64,000 nt of DNA from Gemmatimonadota bacterium (GCA_039587355.1 JBDHIO010000032.1:2844-66843); one strand, 5' to 3'; shown: positions 9,665 through 19,645, counted from the first letter of the stretch. Program-made: numbers and translations. Notes: generated by a model from the letters alone, not told the origin.

Positions 9665-10630
9665 TTGAGTCGGAATCTGATCGTCGAGGGCGGCGAAGAG
9701 CGCGTGCTGCGGGTGTCGGACGAGGTCGAGGCGGCCCTCGCGGGTCGGGAGGCGATCGTGGCCCTCGAATCGACGGTCATCGCCCACGGATTGCCCTATC
9801 CCGACAATGCCGCGGTCGCGCGCCGTCTCGAGAAGATCGTCCGCGACGAGGGAGCGGTCCCGGCGACGATCGGCGTGGTGGATGGTGAGGCGGTCGTGGG
9901 CCTGGACGAGGACCAGGTGGAGCTGTTCTCGTCGGAGGAAGATGTCCTCAAGGCCGGGATCCGGGACCTGGGGCCCGCGGTCGCTTCCGGTCGTGCTGCG
10001 GCGACGACGGTTGCCGCGACGGCTTTTCTTTCCGCGCGTGCCGGGATCGACGTATTCGCGACGGGGGGGATCGGCGGCGTGCACCGGGGCGGCGAGTCCT
10101 CGATGGATGTCTCGGGCGATCTCACGGCGCTGTCCCGGTTGCCCCTGAGTGTGGTGTCCGCCGGGGCGAAGGCGATCCTCGACTTGCCGCGCACGCTCGA
10201 GGTGCTCGAGACACTGAACGTGCCCGTGCTCGGCCTGCGGACCGACGAGTTCCCGGCGTTCTACACCCGGACATCGGGGCTTCCGATCGAGCACGTCATG
10301 GAGGACGAGGCGGCGGTCGCGCGGGCGATCGAATCGCACCGGAAGCTGGGGCTGCGGACCGCCGTCCTCGTGTGCAACCCGCCGCCGAGAGAGGCGGAGA
10401 TGGCGTCGGACGAAGTGGCCGGGCTCATCGAGACGGCGGTCGCGGACGCCGAGTCGGAGGGGGTCACGGGGAAGGCGCTCACTCCGTGGCTGCTGGCACG
10501 TCTCGCGGAGGCGAGCGGCGGGGCGACCGTGAAGACCAACGTGGCGCTGCTCGAGAGCAACGTGCGCGCGGCGGCGCGAATCGCGGTGGCGCTCAGGGAA
10601 GGGCACAGCCCGAAGATCCGCGGGTTCTGA
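9665..10630 (+). CDS. psuG: Pseudouridine-5'-phosphate glycosidase (PsuG/IndA family)
   Basis: IVALESTVIAHGLPYP, ATTVAAT, FATGGIGGVHRG, DVSGDL, GAKAILDL, GKALTPWLL. Confidence 0.95.
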   Translation: MSRNLIVEGGEERVLRVSDEVEAALAGREAIVALESTVIAHGLPYPDNAAVARRLEKIVRDEGAVPATIGVVDGEAVVGLDEDQVELFSSEEDVLKAGIRDLGPAVASGRAAATTVAATAFLSARAGIDVFATGGIGGVHRGGESSMDVSGDLTALSRLPLSVVSAGAKAILDLPRTLEVLETLNVPVLGLRTDEFPAFYTRTSGLPIEHVMEDEAAVARAIESHRKLGLRTAVLVCNPPPREAEMASDEVAGLIETAVADAESEGVTGKALTPWLLARLAEASGGATVKTNVALLESNVRAAARIAVALREGHSPKIRGF

Positions 10631-10636
10631 CTGGCG

Positions 10637-12265
10637 TCAGAAGATGATGCCGGACCCGAACGTCAGGGCCCAACCCGACTCCCCGGTGCCGCCGAGGCCA
10701 CCTCCGAATCTGTAGCCTCCGCTCAGGTGGATGATCTGCGCGAGCCCCGTCAGTGGGGCCCCGAGAAACACCGATAGGCCCGCGTTCCCGCCAAGCCGGC
10801 GTCTCTGGTCTTCGTACCACGCTCCCCCATAGTCGGCGAATGCGCCAAGGCCGACCCCGACGATGTCGAGGATCTCGTCGATCGCGAAGAACCGGTGCTC
10901 GAGCGTCATCCGCAGGCTGCGCGTGCCGACGAAGGCATGCGGTCCCCAGAGCCTGGGCATGACCTGGAACCCGAGATCGAACTCCCCCCCCGGCGGAGGG
11001 TTCTCCTGAACGCCTCCCGAGAGCTGGAGGAACGTCGCGTGGCGCTCTCCTACGCGTAGGGCAACGGTACCCGTCCCGACGACACGGCCCGAATCGAGCC
11101 CGGCACTGTTGAAGAGCGCGTTCCCGTCGATCGCCGCCTTCAGGATGGCCGGCCCGGCCGCGACGCCGGTCCTCGCGAGGAGGCGTCCGCCGATGCCGGT
11201 CTCGCGATAGCCCCAGGCCTTCGGAGCGAGGATCGCCGACACGAAGACGAGATCGCTCAGGTCCTGGTCCTCATCCGCGAACCCGTTGAAGCGGCCGACT
11301 CGTGCGAACCGCGATCGGCGGTACTCGCCGTAAATTGCGACCTGTCCGTAGATCGAGTCGGGCACGAGCGCGAACACGCTGTCGCGATCGATCGGCGCGT
11401 CGGGCGTCCGGATGAACTCCTCGCGTCGCACTTCGGCGGTGACCCCGACGCGGAGGTAGCGATCGGGTCGTGCGATCGGGGCGTAGCTGTAGTATCCCCG
11501 GTTGATGAGCGCCCTGCGGTGATAGTCGGCGGTGTCCGCCAGAACCGGCGACTCGGCTCGATACTGTCGGGCCCGCCCCGTGAAGGCCTCGCCGCTGTAG
11601 AACACCGATTGCCGATCCGAGTTGGATCGGAACGGGGTCGAGACGTTCCACGTCCCGCTCTCGAGGTCGGAGAGGACGGCCCACGATCCGCTGGCCGCCA
11701 GGTTCGTGGCACCGATGCGCGGAAGGCCTGCCGAGAGCACCATCCCGTCCCTGTCCGACTCGCGCACGTACCAGGCGCGCACCCGGTTTCCGGTCCCGAG
11801 CAGGTTGTTCTCCGTGAGGCCGAACGTCCCGGTGAGCCGACCGTCGGACGCGATTTGGAACTGAGCGCGAGGCAGGAGGCTCCACGCATCGCGCGTTCGA
11901 ACTCTCGCCGTGAGACGATCGTCGATCGTGAGGGTGTCCACGCGCACCGTCCGGAAGAGAAACCGCTGCCTCAGGTTTCGTTCGGACTCGTCGATGAGCA
12001 GCGAGTCGTAGACGCTGCCGACATCGAAGAGGAGCTCCCGCCGGATCACCCCGGGGCGCGTCGTGATGTGCAGGGCGTTGAGGAACGGGGCCAGCGGGTT
12101 CGCGTCACGCGACTCGGGGGGGAACACGTCGCCCCGCTCGATGAGGATCGAGTCGATCGTCGGCGGTTCCTGAGCCGAGACGGCCGGGGCGAGCGCGCAC
12201 GCGAGCGCCGGGGCCAGGACCCCGAGTCGGATCCCGGCCCACCGGTCCCGAAACCGGTCGATCAC
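10637..12265 (-). CDS. Omp85/BamA-TamA-like outer-membrane beta-barrel with a POTRA-like domain
   Basis: GTG at 12265 overlapping the folK stop (GTGA), signal peptide ending AVSAQ, TRPGVIRRELLF...ESERNLR POTRA-like segment, TENNLLGTG, C-terminal Phe. Confidence 0.78.
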   Translation of the reverse strand: MIDRFRDRWAGIRLGVLAPALACALAPAVSAQEPPTIDSILIERGDVFPPESRDANPLAPFLNALHITTRPGVIRRELLFDVGSVYDSLLIDESERNLRQRFLFRTVRVDTLTIDDRLTARVRTRDAWSLLPRAQFQIASDGRLTGTFGLTENNLLGTGNRVRAWYVRESDRDGMVLSAGLPRIGATNLAASGSWAVLSDLESGTWNVSTPFRSNSDRQSVFYSGEAFTGRARQYRAESPVLADTADYHRRALINRGYYSYAPIARPDRYLRVGVTAEVRREEFIRTPDAPIDRDSVFALVPDSIYGQVAIYGEYRRSRFARVGRFNGFADEDQDLSDLVFVSAILAPKAWGYRETGIGGRLLARTGVAAGPAILKAAIDGNALFNSAGLDSGRVVGTGTVALRVGERHATFLQLSGGVQENPPPGGEFDLGFQVMPRLWGPHAFVGTRSLRMTLEHRFFAIDEILDIVGVGLGAFADYGGAWYEDQRRRLGGNAGLSVFLGAPLTGLAQIIHLSGGYRFGGGLGGTGESGWALTFGSGIIF

Positions 12266-12801
12266 CTCTCCCGAGCCCTCGAGACGACGTCCTCTTCCAG
12301 GTCGATGTCGGGTCGCGGGAGGATCCCGCCCGCATCGAGCGCCGCGGCGATCTCGGCCAGGCTCCCGTCGAAGGCGGGGTGCCGCAGTGCGGGGTCGAGG
12401 TCCCGCAACGGAAGAGCGAGATGCGCACACCGGGGGATGTCCGGGTCGGGGATGTGGATCGCGAGCTCGTCGTCGGCGATGTCGAGGTCGCCGATCATCG
12501 CGATGTCGATGTCGATGGTCCGCGGAGCGTTCGGGTCGGAAGTCCGTTCGCGCCCCAGGCGGGCCTCGATCGGTCTCAGGACACGGTACTTGAGCTCGCC
12601 CGGCACGAGGTCGGTGCGGACCGCGACGGCGGCGTTGAGAAACGTGGGGGTTCCCGGAGCCCCGACCGGCTCTGCCTGGTAGGCCGTGGAGACCCGGGCG
12701 ACGCCGATCGCGCCGTCGATCTCGCGGACCGCCCACCTGACGTGCTTCACCGGGCGGACGTTCGAGCCGAGGGTCAGGAAGACGAGCGGCTCACTCGAAA
12801 T
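12262..12801 (-). CDS. folK: 6-hydroxymethyl-7,8-dihydropterin pyrophosphokinase (start codon anomalous)
   Basis: VFLTLGSN, FLNAAV, IEARLGRER, PRTIDIDI, HLALPLRDL. No in-frame ATG/GTG/TTG upstream of the VFLTLGSN motif; the coordinates use ATT at 12801. Confidence 0.85.
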   Translation of the reverse strand: MSSEPLVFLTLGSNVRPVKHVRWAVREIDGAIGVARVSTAYQAEPVGAPGTPTFLNAAVAVRTDLVPGELKYRVLRPIEARLGRERTSDPNAPRTIDIDIAMIGDLDIADDELAIHIPDPDIPRCAHLALPLRDLDPALRHPAFDGSLAEIAAALDAGGILPRPDIDLEEDVVSRARER

Positions 12802-13162
12802 CGGACGGAGTCCTCTCGATCTCGATCCCTACCGACCCGGCAAAACGAAGGGCTCCGGGCTTCTCCACACGAACCTTCACCCGCTCGGCTCCATAACGGG
12901 TCGTCACGATTCGCGCGATCCCGGTCGCGAGCGCCTCGACGAGAAAGTGCCGGGACGACTCGACGTACTCGATGACATCCTTCGTGATCGTCCGGTAGTT
13001 CAGGGAGTCCGACATCTCGTCGGTGAGGCCGGGCAACCGGGCGTCCACGGCGACCTCGAGGTTGATCAGGATGTCCTGCTCCTTCTCCCGCTCCCATTCG
13101 TTGATCCCGATGATCCCCCTGAGGAGCAGGTCCCGTATGATGATGCGATCGTCAGCCGCCAT
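12791..13162 (-). CDS. folB: Dihydroneopterin aldolase/epimerase (FolB/FolX family)
   Basis: IIGINEWERE, LNYRTITK, FLVEALA, VEKPGALRFAGSVGIEIER. Confidence 0.85.
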   Translation of the reverse strand: MAADDRIIIRDLLLRGIIGINEWEREKEQDILINLEVAVDARLPGLTDEMSDSLNYRTITKDVIEYVESSRHFLVEALATGIARIVTTRYGAERVKVRVEKPGALRFAGSVGIEIERTPSDFE

Positions 13163-13943
13163 CTCTTCCTCCTCCAGGGAGCAGGTGCTCGCCTCCGTCG
13201 ACGAACATCACGTCACCGGTCACGTAGTCGTTCGTCGATAGAAAAACGACCGAGTCGGCGATTCGAGACGGATCGCCCGGTCGTCCGAGGGGAACGCGAG
13301 TTCCCTTCTTCGCCCAGGCCTCCTCGTCCATCGCCTCTCCAGCAGGGGGGAGGATCGGGCCGGGGACGATCGCGTTCACACGGATCTCCGGTGCCAGTTC
13401 ACGCGCCGTCAGACGGGTGAGGTGGAGAAGCCCCGCCTTCGAGACACCGTGTGCGGAATAGCCGACCCAGTTCGTCACGCCCGCCATGTCCCCGATGTTC
13501 ACGATCGATCCGGGAGCCCGATCGAGCCCCTCGCCGCGACGCGTCTCGGTGTCGCGCATCAGGCAGGCGGCGTGCTGGGTGCACAGGAACGGCGCGCGGG
13601 TGTTCACATCCAGCGCCCGGTCCCACTGCTCGACCGTCAGTTCATCGAACGGCGTCCGCTCGAACGTCGCGGCGGAGTTCACGAGGACGTCCAGGCGGCC
13701 GAACCGTTCCTGGATCGAGCAGAACAGAGCCTCGATGTCCTCCGGGCGCGCCAGATCCGCCGCCAGCGTCAGGGACTCGCGTCCCAGGTCGCGGATCATG
13801 TCCGAGGTCTCGCCCGCGGCCTCGCGCGAGCGGCCGTAGTGGACGACGACGTTGCAGCCGGCGTTCGCGAGGCCGAGTGCGATGGCGCGTCCGAGCCGGT
13901 GACCGGCGCCCGTGACGAGAGCCACGGTGTCGAGGAGGTGCAT
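13152..13943 (-). CDS. Pteridine reductase-like SDR (FolM/PTR1-like)
   Basis: TGAGHRLG, VVVHYGRS, LVNSAA, IVNIGD, RVNAIVPG; adjacent to folB and folK. Confidence 0.82.
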   Translation of the reverse strand: MHLLDTVALVTGAGHRLGRAIALGLANAGCNVVVHYGRSREAAGETSDMIRDLGRESLTLAADLARPEDIEALFCSIQERFGRLDVLVNSAATFERTPFDELTVEQWDRALDVNTRAPFLCTQHAACLMRDTETRRGEGLDRAPGSIVNIGDMAGVTNWVGYSAHGVSKAGLLHLTRLTARELAPEIRVNAIVPGPILPPAGEAMDEEAWAKKGTRVPLGRPGDPSRIADSVVFLSTNDYVTGDVMFVDGGEHLLPGGGRDGG

Positions 13944-14050
13944 AGGCGAAAGTTGCGGCCCGGTCCGGGGGTGCGCCACCGCCGGCGGCTCGTCCCGGTA
14001 CGTGGCGTCGGCGGTGGCGGGCCCCGAGTCGCCCCGGCTACGATCCCCCG

Positions 14051-15046
14051 ATGAAGGCGATCGTGTACGAACGAACCGGTCCAGCCGATGAGGTTCTCGG
14101 CCTCGTGGACATGCCGGCCATCGAGCCGGGCCCCGGCGAGGTGCGCCTTCGCGTCCGGGCATCCGGCGTGAACCCGTCGGACACGAAGCGCCGTGCCGGG
14201 TGGATGGGTCTGCGCATGTCTCATCCACGCGTCATCCCGCATTCCGACGGCGCCGGCGTGATCGAAGCCGTCGGAGAGGGAATCCCGAAGGAGCGGCTGG
14301 GCGAGCGCGTCTGGATGTGGAACGCGCAGGGCGGGGAACGCGCCTTCGGGACGGCGGCCGAGGTCGTCACACTGCCGTCCGATCAGGCGGTCCGGCTGCC
14401 TGACGAAGCCGACTTTGCCACCGGCGCCTGTCTCGGCGTCCCGGGGTGTACCGCCTACTACGCCGTCTTCGGGGACGGACCAATCGGCGGGCAGACCCTG
14501 CTGGTTCAGGGCGGGGCCGGTGCAGTGGGACACCTCGCGATCCAGCTCGCGACAATCGGAGGGGCCCGGGTTCTGTCCACGGTGAGCTCTCCGGAGAAGG
14601 CCGCGCTCGCGACTGCGGCGGGCGCGCACGCGACGATCGACTATCGGTCGGAGGATGTGGCCGCCCGCGTGCTGGACCTCACCGACGGGGAGGGCGTCGA
14701 CCGCATCATCGAGGTCGATCTGGCGGCCAACCTCGAGACGGACACCCGCGCCGTACGGCCGAACGGGAGGATCGTGTCCTTCTCGTCCACGTCGGACCCG
14801 ACCCCAACGGTGCCGTACTACCCGCTCGCGTTCAAGGACGTGCGGGTGCATTTCCTCCAGGGCTACCTCCTGCCACCGATCGTTCGGCGGTCGGCCCTGC
14901 GGGAGCTCAACGTCTGGCTCTCCGTGGGTCAGCTGGAGGTGCTCGTCGGAGCTCGCTACCCGCTCGATCGGACAGCCGAGGCCCACGCGGCAATGGAGAG
15001 CGGGACCATCACCGGGAACATCGTGATCGACGTAACGGATGAGTGA
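14051..15046 (+). CDS. NADPH:quinone reductase (zeta-crystallin/MDR family)
   Basis: SGVNPSD, PHSDGAG, VQGGAGAVG. Confidence 0.9.
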   Translation: MKAIVYERTGPADEVLGLVDMPAIEPGPGEVRLRVRASGVNPSDTKRRAGWMGLRMSHPRVIPHSDGAGVIEAVGEGIPKERLGERVWMWNAQGGERAFGTAAEVVTLPSDQAVRLPDEADFATGACLGVPGCTAYYAVFGDGPIGGQTLLVQGGAGAVGHLAIQLATIGGARVLSTVSSPEKAALATAAGAHATIDYRSEDVAARVLDLTDGEGVDRIIEVDLAANLETDTRAVRPNGRIVSFSSTSDPTPTVPYYPLAFKDVRVHFLQGYLLPPIVRRSALRELNVWLSVGQLEVLVGARYPLDRTAEAHAAMESGTITGNIVIDVTDE

Positions 15047-16625
15047 TATGAAGCAGAGGGTCTATCGGACCGAGCTCTCGCCCCTCGACTTCCTCGCACG
15101 CGCGGCCAGCGTCTTTCCCCGGAAGACGGCTGTCGTTCACGGCGAACGCAGGTACACGTATTCGGAGCTCGAAGACCGGTGCCATCGACTCGCGAACTCG
15201 CTGTTCTCTCGCGGTCTAGAGAAAGGGGCCCGGGTCGCCTTTCTGTCGCCGAACACTCCCGCGATGCTCGAGGCGCACTACGGGGTGCCCGGCGCGGGCT
15301 GCGTTCTCGTGGCGATCAATACCAGGCTCAAGAGCGAAGAGGTCCGTTACATCCTCGAGCACAGCGGGTCGGAGATACTCTTCGTCGATCGCGAGCTGCT
15401 TCACGTCATCGAGCCGCTGGACACCAGCGGTCTCGAGGTCATCGAGATCGCCGATACCGGGACGCCCGACGACCCGTACGAGCGCGTTCTCGACGGTGCA
15501 TCGGACGAGGCGCCTCCCCGCGTGCTAGCGGACGAGGAGGAGTCGATCTCCATGAACTACACGTCGGGGACGACAGGCCGACCGAAAGGCGTCGTCTACT
15601 CGCACCGGGGCGCCTACCTCAACGCCCTCGGCGAGGTCGTCGCAACGTCGCTCACCGCCGACAGCGTATATCTGTGGACGCTTCCGATGTTTCACTGCAA
15701 CGGCTGGTGCTTCACCTGGGCGGTAACGGCCGTGGGCGGCACTCATGTCTGCCTGCGTCAGATCGAGGCGGAACGCGTGTGGGACCTGCTCGAGTCGGAG
15801 GGGATAACCCACTACAACGGTGCGCCCACCGTCCAGATCATGCTGGTGAACAGTCCGCGGGCTCGCCGAATGGAGCGCGAGGTCGTGGTAACGATCGCGG
15901 GGGCGCCCCCCTCGCCAACGCTTTTGGCCACGCTTCGGGACTTGAACTTCCGACCCGTCCACGTCTACGGACTGACCGAGACCTACGGTCCGACGACCGT
16001 GACCGAGTGGCACTCCGAGTGGGACGGCCTGTCGCCGGAACAGCAGGCCGCGTGGATGGCGACGCAGGGCCAGGCCTACGTCACGTCCGATCTGGTCCGG
16101 GTCGTGGATGAGGAAGGCGTCGACGTTCCGCGCGACGGCGAGACGATGGGCGAGGTCGTCATGCGGGGGAACATCGTCATGAAGGAATACCATGACGATC
16201 CCGAGGCGACGTCCCATGCGTTCCGGCACGGGTGGTTCCACTCGGGCGACCTCGCCGTGTGGCACCCCGACGGGTACGTGGAGCTTCGCGACCGGGCGAA
16301 GGACATCATCATTTCGGGTGGCGAGAACATCTCGACGATCGAGGTCGAGCAGACGGTGGCGAGCCACCCCGCCGTGCTCGAATGCGCCGTGGTCGCCGTT
16401 CCGCACGAGAAGTGGGGGGAGCGCCCGAAGGCGTTCGTGACTCTCAAGTCTGGCGCCGGCGCCAGCGAGGCGGAGATCATCGACCACTGCCGCTCGGCGA
16501 TGGCGAACTTCAAGTGTCCCGATGCCGTCGAGTTCGGCGACCTGCCCAAGACCTCGACGGGCAAGGTTCAGAAGTACGTCCTCCGCGATCGCGAGTGGGG
16601 TGACCACGCGAAACGCATCAACTAG
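15039..16625 (+). CDS. Acyl-CoA synthetase (short/medium-chain, AAE/DmdB-like)
   Basis: YTSGTTGRPKG, PMFHCNGW, YGLTE, FHSGD, DRAKDIIISGGENIS, LPKTSTGK. Confidence 0.93.
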   Translation: MSDMKQRVYRTELSPLDFLARAASVFPRKTAVVHGERRYTYSELEDRCHRLANSLFSRGLEKGARVAFLSPNTPAMLEAHYGVPGAGCVLVAINTRLKSEEVRYILEHSGSEILFVDRELLHVIEPLDTSGLEVIEIADTGTPDDPYERVLDGASDEAPPRVLADEEESISMNYTSGTTGRPKGVVYSHRGAYLNALGEVVATSLTADSVYLWTLPMFHCNGWCFTWAVTAVGGTHVCLRQIEAERVWDLLESEGITHYNGAPTVQIMLVNSPRARRMEREVVVTIAGAPPSPTLLATLRDLNFRPVHVYGLTETYGPTTVTEWHSEWDGLSPEQQAAWMATQGQAYVTSDLVRVVDEEGVDVPRDGETMGEVVMRGNIVMKEYHDDPEATSHAFRHGWFHSGDLAVWHPDGYVELRDRAKDIIISGGENISTIEVEQTVASHPAVLECAVVAVPHEKWGERPKAFVTLKSGAGASEAEIIDHCRSAMANFKCPDAVEFGDLPKTSTGKVQKYVLRDREWGDHAKRIN

Positions 16626-16704
16626 CGCGAACGCGGCTTGACCGTGACTTGATTCGGCGAGCCGAGCCTCCGGGTATCGACCAACCGATTACCTGGAGGC
16701 TGAC

Positions 16705-17217
16705 GTGTCACGTATCCATCAGCACTCGATCGCGGTGCTCGCGAGCGTTCTTCTGCTCGCGGGCCCGGGCTCGCTCTACTCGCAGAATGGACCGGTCATT
16801 TCCGACGGAGATCGCGTTCGACTCACCACCGACGGTGGGTCGATCACGGGAGTCGCTCACTTCGAGACCGACGGGCTCCTCTTCCTCGAAGTCGATGGCG
16901 GGGCAGCGGCCGTGTTCGTGGATGTCAGGAGGGCCTCGCGCCTGGAGGTCAGCCGGGGGGTGGGAATCGACCCGTCACGCGTTCTTCCGGGCCTCGCCCT
17001 GGGAGCGGCGGCCGGGCTGGCAGTCGCATTCCCCGTGTGGATCGCCAGTGACGGCAAGTCGGGCGCCGGGTATCCGGTCTTGGGCGGGCTCGCGCTCGGT
17101 CTGGTCGCCGGTCTGATTCCCCGAGAGCGCTGGACGGGCTCGGGACCGCCCGCCCTCAGCGGAGGAATCTCCACCGTGGGCGGACGCCCGGCACTGGCGT
17201 TTCGCTGGCGACCCTGA
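16705..17217 (+). CDS. Hypothetical exported/membrane protein
   Basis: GGAGG upstream of GTG, signal peptide, two glycine-rich hydrophobic helices. Confidence 0.65.
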   Translation: MSRIHQHSIAVLASVLLLAGPGSLYSQNGPVISDGDRVRLTTDGGSITGVAHFETDGLLFLEVDGGAAAVFVDVRRASRLEVSRGVGIDPSRVLPGLALGAAAGLAVAFPVWIASDGKSGAGYPVLGGLALGLVAGLIPRERWTGSGPPALSGGISTVGGRPALAFRWRP

Positions 17218-17221
17218 AACT

Positions 17222-19645
17222 CTACTGGCTGGAGCGCAACACGATCGCCGGGTCCACCCGCGTGGCGGTGAGTGCCGGCAGATACGTCGCCCCGAACGTC
17301 ACGACGAGCAGGAACAGGGCGAGCCCGCCATAGACCAGGGGGTCGATCGGTCGAACCCCGAACAGGAACCCCGACAGCAGCTGAGTCAGACCCATCGCGG
17401 CGACCAGACCGATCGCGATGCCGATTCCGGCCAGGGCGACCCCTTCGAGGGCGACCCAACGCCGGACGGCGCGTCCGTCCGCGCCCAGCGCCATCCGGAT
17501 GCCGATCTCGGAGGTGCGCTGCGCGACCGAGTACGAGAGGACGCCGAAGATCCCGATCCCCGCCAGGAGCATCGCGAGACCGCTGAACGTCGCGAGGATG
17601 CCGCCCATCGCCGAGTTGCTGCGGAGGGCGGTGTCGACATTCTCTTGCAGCGTGGCGATGCGTGATACCGGTGCGTCCGCATCCATCGTTGCGACTTCCT
17701 GGCGCAGGGCGGACACGAGCTGGTCCGGTGGGACCGTCGTCTTCAGGACGACCGACATCTCGACCCCGGTCGTCGCTCCCGACTGGAGGAGCGGGATGTA
17801 GACCTGGATTCGCGACGGACTCTCGAGCTCGTAATGCCTCACGTTCTGCGCGACGCCGATGACCGTCCGGTAGATCGGCTGCGGTGGAGTCCCGGCGTTC
17901 TCGAACGTCACGAGCTTCCCGATGGCGCTCTCGCCCGGCCAGTAGCGCTCCGCCATCGTTTCGTCGATGATCGCGACCGGATTCCCGGCGCCGCGATCCG
18001 CGTCGGTGAACGAGCGGCCGGCCATGATCGGAACGCCCATCGTCGAGAAGTACCCCTCGGACACAACGCCGTAGAGGACCGAGTCCCCGTTGTCGGGCAG
18101 GATCGGCGTGCCTTCCGGCCAGATGCGGCGTTCCCACGAGCGATTGCCCAGGGGGAGCAGCAGCGTTGTGGCCACGTCGGCCACCCCGGGCGCCGCCCGC
18201 AGGCGGTCCTCGAGCTGATCGTAGAATCCGGCCCAGGTCTCCTGGGTGTCGTAGCGCTGATTGCTGATCGTCACTCGCGCGGTGAGAAGACCCTCGGTCT
18301 CGAATCCCTTGTCCACGGTCCGTAGCTCGTGGAGGGTGCGGATCATCAGCCCCGCCCCGACCAGCAGCACCATCGACAGCGCGACCTCAGCGACCACGAG
18401 GGCGCTCCGGAGCCGCTTGTTTCGGGACGTGGACGTACGCGATCCCTCCTTCAGGTCGTCCGAAAGATCGGGCCGTGAGGCCCGTAACGCCGGGACCACT
18501 CCGAAGACCAGACCCGAGGACGTGGCGACGAGGAACGAGAAGAACAGCACGGTCCCATCCAGCGTGAGCCGGTCGCCTGCCGTCGCGATCGACTGCGGGA
18601 GGAGAGGCGTGAGTCCCTGCAACGCGAACACGGCGACGACGACGCCGATCGCGCCCCCGAGCATCGAGAGCAGCAGGCTCTCGATGAGCAGACCGCGGAC
18701 GATCGTGGTCCGGCCCGCGCCGAGCGCCGTCCGCACCGCGACTTCTTGTTTGCGGCTCTCGCCCCGGGCCAGCGTGAGGTTCGCCACGTTTGCCGTCGCT
18801 ATCAGCAGGACGAACCCGACGGCTCCGAAGAGGATCCACAACGCGGCCTGAAAATCGCCTACCACCATCTCGCTCAGCGTGCGGATCTCGACGCTCGCGT
18901 TCGGGAGGCCGACCTCCTCCGTGACGCCCTCATTGATGCGAGCCACGTCGGCCGTTGCCGACTCGACCGACGACCCCGCCGCGAGCCGGGCGTATACCCG
19001 GGTCCCGAAAGAGCTCTCACGGTCCGCCCATGGGAGGCCGGGGAAGCTGCCCATCGGTATGTAGATCTGCGTGCTCGGGCTCGGGAAGAACCAGTCGGCG
19101 TCCATGATCCCGATGACCGTGTGCGGTCGTCCGTCCAGATTGATCGTCTGGCCCACCACGCGCTCGTCGGCCCCGAAACGATCGGTCCAGAACGTGTGAC
19201 TCAACACGACATTCGGAACCTCCCCAAGGTCCGTCTCGGCGGGACCGAACAGCCGCCCGCGCGCTGCAGTGGCGCTGAGCGTCGCGAAGAGATCTCCCAG
19301 GACCAGCTGTGTCTCGAGAATCTCGGCCGGTCCGTCGCCCGTCAGGGTCATGCTCCAGCCGGCGCTCGCCCCGTACCGGTCGAACTCCGCCGTCTCGCGC
19401 CAGCTCTCGTAGTTCGGGATCGACGTGGAGATGTAGAAGCCCTGGCGCGATACCACGTCCAGGGTGACCAGCCGATCCGACTCGGGGTAGGGAAGCGGGT
19501 CGAGAAGCGTCCCCTTCACCAGCGTGAAGATTGCCGTGACTCCGCCCATGGCGAGCGCGATGGTGAGGATGGCGACCGCGGCGAAGCCGGGGCGACGGGC
19601 CAGGGATCGAATGGCGACGCGAACGTCCTGCAGGACTCCGGACAT
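17222..19645 (-). CDS. ADOP-type duplicated ABC permease (MacB/FtsX, two periplasmic domains)
   Basis: DVRVAIRSLARRPGF start, LLIATANVANL, EVAVRTALGA, LVVAEVALS, EIGIRMALGA, VDPAIVLR. Confidence 0.92.
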   Translation of the reverse strand: MSGVLQDVRVAIRSLARRPGFAAVAILTIALAMGGVTAIFTLVKGTLLDPLPYPESDRLVTLDVVSRQGFYISTSIPNYESWRETAEFDRYGASAGWSMTLTGDGPAEILETQLVLGDLFATLSATAARGRLFGPAETDLGEVPNVVLSHTFWTDRFGADERVVGQTINLDGRPHTVIGIMDADWFFPSPSTQIYIPMGSFPGLPWADRESSFGTRVYARLAAGSSVESATADVARINEGVTEEVGLPNASVEIRTLSEMVVGDFQAALWILFGAVGFVLLIATANVANLTLARGESRKQEVAVRTALGAGRTTIVRGLLIESLLLSMLGGAIGVVVAVFALQGLTPLLPQSIATAGDRLTLDGTVLFFSFLVATSSGLVFGVVPALRASRPDLSDDLKEGSRTSTSRNKRLRSALVVAEVALSMVLLVGAGLMIRTLHELRTVDKGFETEGLLTARVTISNQRYDTQETWAGFYDQLEDRLRAAPGVADVATTLLLPLGNRSWERRIWPEGTPILPDNGDSVLYGVVSEGYFSTMGVPIMAGRSFTDADRGAGNPVAIIDETMAERYWPGESAIGKLVTFENAGTPPQPIYRTVIGVAQNVRHYELESPSRIQVYIPLLQSGATTGVEMSVVLKTTVPPDQLVSALRQEVATMDADAPVSRIATLQENVDTALRSNSAMGGILATFSGLAMLLAGIGIFGVLSYSVAQRTSEIGIRMALGADGRAVRRWVALEGVALAGIGIAIGLVAAMGLTQLLSGFLFGVRPIDPLVYGGLALFLLVVTFGATYLPALTATRVDPAIVLRSSQ

